Positions 57,759 through 64,000 of a DNA stretch of 64,000 bases are shown piece by piece; within the stretch, counting starts at the first letter, position 1, and the number at the start of each line of letters is the position of its first letter. Under the pieces are notes generated by a model. That model was not told the DNA's origin. It saw nothing but the letters and a program-made list of their open reading frames with translations, and searched no databases. The stretch is taken from assembly GCA_963716255.1 (NCBI GenBank), contig OY970303.1:640001-704000 (forward strand), read 5' to 3'. The stretch is from an uncultured Gemmatimonadales bacterium. GTDB lineage: Bacteria > Gemmatimonadota > Gemmatimonadetes > Longimicrobiales > Longimicrobiaceae. The translations under genes and the position numbers were made by a program.

Positions 57759-58870
57759 CAGCGGATCTTGAGCGTGGCGAAGGCGACCAGCGCGAACATC
57801 ACCCCCAGCAGCCAGAAGCGGATGATGACCCGGTTCTCGTGCCAGCCGATCTGCTCGAAGTGGTGGTGGAGCGGGGCCATGCGGAAGATGCGCCGGCCCA
57901 CGCCGGTGCGCCGCTTGGTCCACTTGTAGTATAGGGTCTGCGCGGCCACGGAGGCGGCCTCCAGCACGAACATTCCCCCCACGATGGCCAGCAGGAACTC
58001 CGCCTTGAGGAGCACCGCGATCGCCCCCAGCACCCCCCCGATGGCGAGCGACCCGGTGTCGCCCATGAACACCTCGGCGGGGTGGGCGTTGAACCACAGG
58101 AAGCCCATGCACCCCCCGGCCAGCGCCACGCAGAACACCGCCAGCTCCCCCGAGCCGGGGAGGTAGAACAGGTTCAGGTAGTCGGAAGAGTCCACGCGGC
58201 CCAGCAGGTACGCGAAGATCCCCATGGTCACCGCCGCGATGGCCGACAGTCCGGCCGCCAGCCCGTCCAGTCCGTCGGTGAGGTTCACCGCGTTGGAAAA
58301 GGCGGTGATGACGAAGACCACGAAGAGCACGTACGCCCAGGGCGCGAAGGTCACGTGCCACGACTTGAAGAAGGGGATCTGCGTCCAGGTGGGCGGCACG
58401 TCGCCGAAGAGCCCGGGGGTGTAGATCAGGAAGAGCCCCACCAGCACCCCCAGAGACACCTGTCCCACGATCTTGTAGCGCCCGACCAGCCCCTCCGTCT
58501 TCTTCCGCACCACCTTGAGGTAGTCGTCCATGAACCCCAGCCCGCCCAGCCACAGGATCACCACCACCGCCACCCAGGTGTACGGGTTGTCCAGCTCCGC
58601 CCAGAGCAGGGTGGGGATCACCGTCGCCATCACGATCAGCACCCCGCCCATGGTGGGCGTCCCCGACTTGCCCAGGTGCGTCTGCGGGCCCTCGGTGCGC
58701 ACCACCTGCCCCACCTTGAGGATCCGCAGCCGCCGGATGATCCCGGGCCCGAAGTAGAAGGCCACCAGGAACGCCGTCACCACTGCCCCCGCCGCACGGA
58801 ACGTCGTGAAGCGGAAGAGGTTGAAGATGATGTGGTATTCCGAGAGCGGGACGAGCAGGTGGTAGAGCAC
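57758..58870 (-). CDS. mraY: phospho-N-acetylmuramoyl-pentapeptide transferase
   Basis: KSGTPTMGG, NAVNLTDGLDGL, FMGDTGS and MAPLHHHFE motifs. Confidence 0.97.
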   Translation of the reverse strand: MLYHLLVPLSEYHIIFNLFRFTTFRAAGAVVTAFLVAFYFGPGIIRRLRILKVGQVVRTEGPQTHLGKSGTPTMGGVLIVMATVIPTLLWAELDNPYTWVAVVVILWLGGLGFMDDYLKVVRKKTEGLVGRYKIVGQVSLGVLVGLFLIYTPGLFGDVPPTWTQIPFFKSWHVTFAPWAYVLFVVFVITAFSNAVNLTDGLDGLAAGLSAIAAVTMGIFAYLLGRVDSSDYLNLFYLPGSGELAVFCVALAGGCMGFLWFNAHPAEVFMGDTGSLAIGGVLGAIAVLLKAEFLLAIVGGMFVLEAASVAAQTLYYKWTKRRTGVGRRIFRMAPLHHHFEQIGWHENRVIIRFWLLGVMFALVAFATLKIR

Positions 58871-58979
58871 CGTGGTCCGTGGCTGAAAGTCGAAAAAGGT
58901 TACAGGGGACAGGTTACAGCCTGCAAAAACTTGTGCGTCCGTAAGCCGTTCGCAGTTGCCGGCTATTCCCTGTGACGCT

Positions 58980-60455
58980 TCACGCTTCGCGTGAACCGGT
59001 GAACCCTGTTCCCTGTTCCCTGCCGTTCCCGAAGTCCCGCTCCAGCAGCGGGAGCCAGCGCTCCAGCGACTCCCCGCGCGACGCCTTCAGCAGGATGGTG
59101 TCGCCGCCTCCCAGCCGCGCGGACACCGCGGAGTACGCCTCCACCGGGTCGGCGACGGCCACCAGGCGCTCGCCCAGCGCGGAGGCGTGCGGCGCGAAAG
59201 CCACGGCGAACTCGCCGGTGGCGACCACCAGGTCGATCCCCCGCCCCACCCTGCCGGCGATCTGCTCGGCGGCGCGGCGGTGCAGCATCGGCGCGTGGTC
59301 GCCCATCTCGCGCATGGTGCCGACCACCGCCACCTTGGACCCCTCGGCCGGGAGGCCGGCGAGGAGGTCCACCGCGGCGGCCAGGCTGGGCGGGTTGGAG
59401 TTGTAGCAGTCCGCGAGCACCTGGAGGCTCCCCACGGTGTGCCACTCGTTGCGCAGCTTGGGGCGCGGCACCTTGCCCAGGGCGCGGGCGGCGGACTCCC
59501 GGGAGATCCCCATCTCGCGGGCCAGCCCCAGCGCGAACAGGGCGTTGCGGACGTTGTGGCGCCCCGGGAGAGGGAGGTGGATGGGCACGCCCTCCCAGCT
59601 CCAGCGGGTGGTGCCGTCCGGCTGGATCTCGATGGCGCCCTCGCCGCCGTCCGGGTGCAGGTCCGCGCCCTCGGACAGGCCGACCACGCGCACCCGGTAG
59701 CCGCCCAGCTCGGCGCGGGTGCGCTGCGGGAGCGCGGGCGGGTCCTCGGCCACCAGGGCGATCCCGCCCAGCCGCAGCCCCTTGACCATGTTCAGCTCCT
59801 CCTCCAGCACACCCTCCAGGCTCCCCAGCCCCTCCAGGTGCTCCTCGCCGATGGAGGTGACGATGGCGAAGTCGGGCTCGGCGATGCGGCCCAGGATGGC
59901 GATCTCGCCCGGCTCGTTGGTCCCCATCTCCACCACCAGCACCTCGGCCTCGTCGGGGGCGGCGAGGAGGGTGAGGGGGACGCCCACCTGGTTGTTGAGG
60001 TTGCCCTCGGTGGCGTGGACGCGGAAGCGGGCGGCGAGCACGGCGCGGACCAGGTCCTTGGTGGTCGTCTTGCCGTTGCTCCCCCCGATTCCCACCACCT
60101 TGCCGCGGTGGAGGCGGCGGCGGTGGCGGGCCAGGCGGCCGAGGGCGCGCAGGGTGTCGTCCACCTCGAACAGGCGCATCCCCTCGGGGGCGTCGGCGGG
60201 GCGGCGGGACACCACGGCGCCGATCGCGCCCCGGTCCGCGGCCTCGCGCAGGAAGGCGTGGCCGTCGAAGCGCTCGCCCACCAGCGCGACGAAGAGCGAG
60301 CCCGGGACGACCTTGCGGGTGTCGGTGGAAACCCCGGCGAACTCGGTGTCCTCGTCGCCCTTGCGGTCGGCCGCCCCGCGGCTGATCCACGCACGGAGCA
60401 TCTCGTCCTCCAGCGCCTGCCGCACCTCCCCCGCCGTCCACCGGAAACCGCTCAA
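58980..60455 (-). CDS. murF: UDP-MurNAc-tripeptide--D-Ala-D-Ala ligase
   Basis: GERFDGH, GSNGKTTTK, NLNNQVGVP, EMG, DCYNSNP and KASRG motifs; TTG start overlaps the murE stop. Confidence 0.94.
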   Translation of the reverse strand: MSGFRWTAGEVRQALEDEMLRAWISRGAADRKGDEDTEFAGVSTDTRKVVPGSLFVALVGERFDGHAFLREAADRGAIGAVVSRRPADAPEGMRLFEVDDTLRALGRLARHRRRLHRGKVVGIGGSNGKTTTKDLVRAVLAARFRVHATEGNLNNQVGVPLTLLAAPDEAEVLVVEMGTNEPGEIAILGRIAEPDFAIVTSIGEEHLEGLGSLEGVLEEELNMVKGLRLGGIALVAEDPPALPQRTRAELGGYRVRVVGLSEGADLHPDGGEGAIEIQPDGTTRWSWEGVPIHLPLPGRHNVRNALFALGLAREMGISRESAARALGKVPRPKLRNEWHTVGSLQVLADCYNSNPPSLAAAVDLLAGLPAEGSKVAVVGTMREMGDHAPMLHRRAAEQIAGRVGRGIDLVVATGEFAVAFAPHASALGERLVAVADPVEAYSAVSARLGGGDTILLKASRGESLERWLPLLERDFGNGREQGTGFTGSREA

Positions 60456-61957
60456 ACCGCACCTCTGCCGGTAAATGTTTCCCGCTCCGCAAGGAGTTCG
60501 CGGATCACGACCCGTTCGTCGAAGGGACGGACCTCGGTCCCCCAGACCTGGTAGGTCTCGTGGCCCTTGCCGGCGAGGAGGACCACGTCCCCCTCCCCGG
60601 CTTCCCCGAGCGCGCGGCGGATGGCTTCCCGGCGGTCGAGGATGCGCAGGCGGGGAGCATGCCCCATGCCACGCTCCACGTCGTCGGCGATCCGCTCCGG
60701 GTCCTCGGTGCGGGGGTTGTCGGAGGTGACGATGGCCAGGTCGGCGAGCGCCGCGGCCACCCGCCCCATCTCCGGGCGCTTGCCGCGGTCGCGGTCTCCG
60801 CCGGCCCCGAAGACCACGACCAGACGCCCCGGCGTGAGCGGCCGCAGCGCCCCCAGCGCCACCTCCAGCGCGTCGGGGGTGTGCGCGTAGTCGATCAGCA
60901 CCGTCCCCGCGACGCCGGGGGTGGGGACGCGCTCCAGCCGCCCGGGGACCTGCGGCAGTGACTCCAGCCCTGCGGCGATCTCGTCCGCAGCCCACCCCAG
61001 CCCGTGGAGCGCGGCGGCCGCGCCCAGCGCGTTGGCGACGTTGTAGCCGCCCATCAGCGGCAGGCGGACCGGCGCCGCCCCGTCCGGGGTGCGCAGCGTG
61101 AACGCCATGCCGCCGGGGAACGCCCGGGTCCCCTCCGCCCGCACCTCGGCACCGGCGGCGACCCCGAAGCGCACCGTGCGGCCGCGGGGGGCGCGCACGC
61201 CCTCCCACGCCGGGTCGTCGGCGTTGACCGCGGCGACGCCCTCCGGCTTGAGGAGCTCCAGGAGGCGCAGCTTGGCGTCCCGGTACGCCTCCAGGGTGCC
61301 GTGGTAGTCCAGATGGTCGCGGGTGAGGTTGGTGAGCACCGCCGCGTCGAAGCGGGCGGCCGCGGCGCGTCCCTGGTCCAGCGCGTGGGACGACACCTCC
61401 ATCGCCACGCCGCGCACCCCGTCGTCGGCGAGGCGGCGGAGCCACTGCGCCGTTTCCACCGGCCCGGGCGTGGTCAGCCCCTCGGTGCCGGGGATCACGC
61501 GGCCGTCGGCGCCCACCGCCCCCAGCGTGCCGATGGACGCCGCGGGGCCGCGCAGCCCCAGCAGGTGCCGGAAGATGGCGGCGCTGGTGGTCTTGCCGTT
61601 GGTGCCGGTGATCCCCACCAGCACCATCTCGTCCCACGGGTCGCCGAAGAAGGCGGCGGCGGCGTGGGCCGCGGCCAGGCGCCCGTCCGCCACCCGCAGC
61701 TGCGGCAGGCCGACGGACGGATCGGCGCGCTCCACCAGCGCCGCGGCGGCGCCGCGCGCCGCCACCTCCCCCAGGAAGCGGTGGCCGTCGCCACCGGTGC
61801 CGGCCACTGCGCAGAAGAGCCAGCCGGGCTCCACGCGGCGCGAGTCGGCCGTGAGGCCGCGGAGCTCCACGCCGGACGGCTCTTCGTGTCCCACGAGGAG
61901 ACCGCGCTCGCCCAGGCGCGCGGCGATCCGGTCCAGCCCGGCGGCGCGCGACGTCAC
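60452..61957 (-). CDS. murE: UDP-MurNAc-dipeptide--meso-diaminopimelate ligase
   Basis: GTNGKTT, MEVSSH, DYAHTPD, DNPR (meso-DAP specificity motif) and AGKGHE. Confidence 0.96.
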   Translation of the reverse strand: MTSRAAGLDRIAARLGERGLLVGHEEPSGVELRGLTADSRRVEPGWLFCAVAGTGGDGHRFLGEVAARGAAAALVERADPSVGLPQLRVADGRLAAAHAAAAFFGDPWDEMVLVGITGTNGKTTSAAIFRHLLGLRGPAASIGTLGAVGADGRVIPGTEGLTTPGPVETAQWLRRLADDGVRGVAMEVSSHALDQGRAAAARFDAAVLTNLTRDHLDYHGTLEAYRDAKLRLLELLKPEGVAAVNADDPAWEGVRAPRGRTVRFGVAAGAEVRAEGTRAFPGGMAFTLRTPDGAAPVRLPLMGGYNVANALGAAAALHGLGWAADEIAAGLESLPQVPGRLERVPTPGVAGTVLIDYAHTPDALEVALGALRPLTPGRLVVVFGAGGDRDRGKRPEMGRVAAALADLAIVTSDNPRTEDPERIADDVERGMGHAPRLRILDRREAIRRALGEAGEGDVVLLAGKGHETYQVWGTEVRPFDERVVIRELLAERETFTGRGAV

Positions 61958-63957
61958 TCGCCGCCCCCCAGCAGCGTCATCGTGTCGCCGGTGGCGAGCA
62001 CGGTTCCCGCCGCCGGCGCGGTCCCCGCGACCCGGCCGCCGCCGCGCAGGCGCACGTGCAGCCCGAGGGCGTGGGCGCGGCGGGCGGCGTCGCGCAGGGG
62101 AAGCCCCGCGAGCGCGGGGACCGGCACCGCGCGGCGGGCGCCGACGGGACGCGCGGGAACCCCCTCGGCCAGGTTGAAGACGTAGGTGCCGCCGGACGCG
62201 GCGGGCGGCGGAGTGCGCCCGGCGGCGGCCGCGGTCGCCGCCGGCACGGCGTGGCGCGAAGCCACCAGCGACGCGCCGTCCAGCGAAGACGAGCGCGTGG
62301 CCAGGATGGCCTGCAGCATCTCGCGCGTGACCGGCGCGGCGATGGCGCCGCCGTAGTACTCGCCCTGCGGCCGGTTGAGCTTGACGTAGATGGCGAGCTG
62401 CGGGTCGCGCGCCGGGAAGAAGCCGGCGAAGGTGGCCGCGTAGCTCCCCGACTCGTAGCGGCCGGAGGCCCCGGTCAGCCGCGCCGTCCCCGTCTTCCCC
62501 GCCACGTCGAAGGTGGCGAGCGACGCCTTCGCCGCCGTCCCGTCCTCCACCACCGCCACCAGCACCTCGCGCAGCGCCTCGGTGACCCGGGCCGGCAGCA
62601 CGCGCCGCACCGCCCGCGGCTCCCACCTGCGCAGCGTCTCGCCGTCCGCGCCGCGGAGCTCGCGCACCAGGCGCGGCTCCATCAGCACCCCGCCGTTGGC
62701 GAGCGCGCCGTACGCCATCACCAGCTGCAGCGGGGTGACCGCCATCTCGTAGCCGATGGCCAGGCTCGCCGGCGTCAGCCGCGACCACCCGGCCGGGCGC
62801 CGCAGCCGCCCGCCGGCCTCGGACGGGTACTCCACGCCCGTGGGCGTCCCGAAACCGAAGTCGCGCAGGTAGCCGTACTGCTCCGCCGGGCGCAGCCGCG
62901 GCGACAGCTTTGCCATGGCGACGTTGCTGGACTCGCGCAGCGCCTCGCGCACCGTCACCGCGCCCATGGCGTGCACGTCGGTGAAGGAGCGGCCGTTGCC
63001 GTCGGTCCAGCGCCCGTTCTCCGCGAACACCGTCTCGTCCAGCGACACCCGCCCCTGCGCCAGCAGCGAGGCGACGAAGAAGGGCTTGATGGCGGACCCG
63101 GGCTCGTACGGCTCGGTGAAGCCGGCCAGCGTGCGCGCCCCGCCCGCCCGGCGCGACACCGCCGCCAGGATCTCCCCGGTGCGCGGGTCGGCCACCAGCA
63201 GGTCGCCGCCGTCCGACCCGGTGCGGCGCACCGCATCGCGAAGCGCGCCGTCCGCGATCTCCTGGAGGTCGAAGTCCAGGGTGAGGTACACGTCGCGCCC
63301 GTCGCGCGGCGGCGCCACCGGGAGCGACACGGTGGGCTCCTTGCGCCCGTGCGCGTCGCGGCGCATGAGGGCGTAGCCGTCCTCGCCGCTCAGCAGGTCG
63401 TCCCACTCCTGCTCCACCCCGCCCAGCGCCCGACCGTCCGCCGACACGAAGCCCAGCACCTCGCGCCCCACGTCGCCCTGCGGGTAGAAGCGCTCCAGCC
63501 TGCGCTCGGAGTGGACCCCGCGCACCCCCTCCAGCCGCCTGTGCTGCTCGGCCGTGAAGCGCCCGGGGAGCACCACCCAGCGGCGCCCGGGGTCGGTGGC
63601 GCGGCGGGCGGCGCCCTGCGACAGCCCAAGGGCGCCCCGCAGCGCGCGCACGGCCTCGTCGCGGTCGCGCAGTTCGCGCGGCGCCACCGAGATGCGGAAG
63701 GTCTCGTAGCTGAGCGCCAGCGGGGTGCCGTCGCGGTCGAAGATCCCGCCGCGGCGCGCCGGGACCGGGGTGCGCGACTGCTGCTGGTCCGCGGCCTCGG
63801 CGGCCCACTTCTCCCCCTCCAGCGCCTGGAGCTGGAAGGCGCGCCCCAGCACCGCCACCGCCGCGATCCCGAAGGAGGACACCAGGATCCAGCGGCGGAG
63901 CGCGAGCGCGTCCCCGCCCTCCCCGGCCCCGCGCCCCCGGCCCTTGCGCCCGCTCAT
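61954..63957 (-). CDS. ftsI: class B penicillin-binding protein FtsI with C-terminal PASTA-like domain
   Basis: RGGIFDRDG, SxxK (SAIK), SxN (SSN) and KTG motifs; first complete gene of the dcw cluster. Confidence 0.93.
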   Translation of the reverse strand: MSGRKGRGRGAGEGGDALALRRWILVSSFGIAAVAVLGRAFQLQALEGEKWAAEAADQQQSRTPVPARRGGIFDRDGTPLALSYETFRISVAPRELRDRDEAVRALRGALGLSQGAARRATDPGRRWVVLPGRFTAEQHRRLEGVRGVHSERRLERFYPQGDVGREVLGFVSADGRALGGVEQEWDDLLSGEDGYALMRRDAHGRKEPTVSLPVAPPRDGRDVYLTLDFDLQEIADGALRDAVRRTGSDGGDLLVADPRTGEILAAVSRRAGGARTLAGFTEPYEPGSAIKPFFVASLLAQGRVSLDETVFAENGRWTDGNGRSFTDVHAMGAVTVREALRESSNVAMAKLSPRLRPAEQYGYLRDFGFGTPTGVEYPSEAGGRLRRPAGWSRLTPASLAIGYEMAVTPLQLVMAYGALANGGVLMEPRLVRELRGADGETLRRWEPRAVRRVLPARVTEALREVLVAVVEDGTAAKASLATFDVAGKTGTARLTGASGRYESGSYAATFAGFFPARDPQLAIYVKLNRPQGEYYGGAIAAPVTREMLQAILATRSSSLDGASLVASRHAVPAATAAAAGRTPPPAASGGTYVFNLAEGVPARPVGARRAVPVPALAGLPLRDAARRAHALGLHVRLRGGGRVAGTAPAAGTVLATGDTMTLLGGGE

Positions 63958-64000
63958 CGATCCCCCTCCTCGTCGACCATCGTGGCCGCCGCTTCCTCGC

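Noticed and set aside
63954..64000. Possible 3' end of ftsL overlapping the ftsI start
   Set aside because: Only about 15 codons are visible; position is suggestive but the sequence is insufficient to call.

Overview
Very GC-rich bacterial chromosome segment. Gene content suggests Gemmatimonadota/Longimicrobium-like, but this is inference only. The right two-thirds is mostly minus-strand housekeeping: a dcw cluster (ftsI-murE-murF-mraY-murD-ftsW-murG-murC-ftsQ-ftsA-ftsZ), M23 peptidase, hisA, ftsY, recG, mazG, alr, tmk, ctpA-like protease, obgE, dprA, hemW and hrcA-dnaJ-prmA-HIT. The left third is more accessory: a truncated IS481-family element, hypothetical genes, an orphan mreB paralog, MFS/DoxX, malQ/glgX, AraC/SDR, tRNA-Ala, a fused LeuD-LeuC-type aconitase and a DUF433/PIN toxin-antitoxin pair. 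Two non-coding systems stand out. (1) Two tandem GEMM-I cyclic-dinucleotide riboswitches lie upstream of the mreB paralog. One has the A20 (3'3'-cGAMP-type) and the other the G20 (c-di-GMP-type) specificity base, and each overlaps its own terminator, predicting a two-signal AND gate on an actin homolog that also has a D->N change in its phosphate-2 motif. (2) A dispersed ~130-160 bp multi-hairpin repeat (8 full + 2 partial copies) shows extensive compensatory base changes and conserved loops and mismatches. It shares its hairpin module with a second repeat family, and one copy is interrupted by the IS481.
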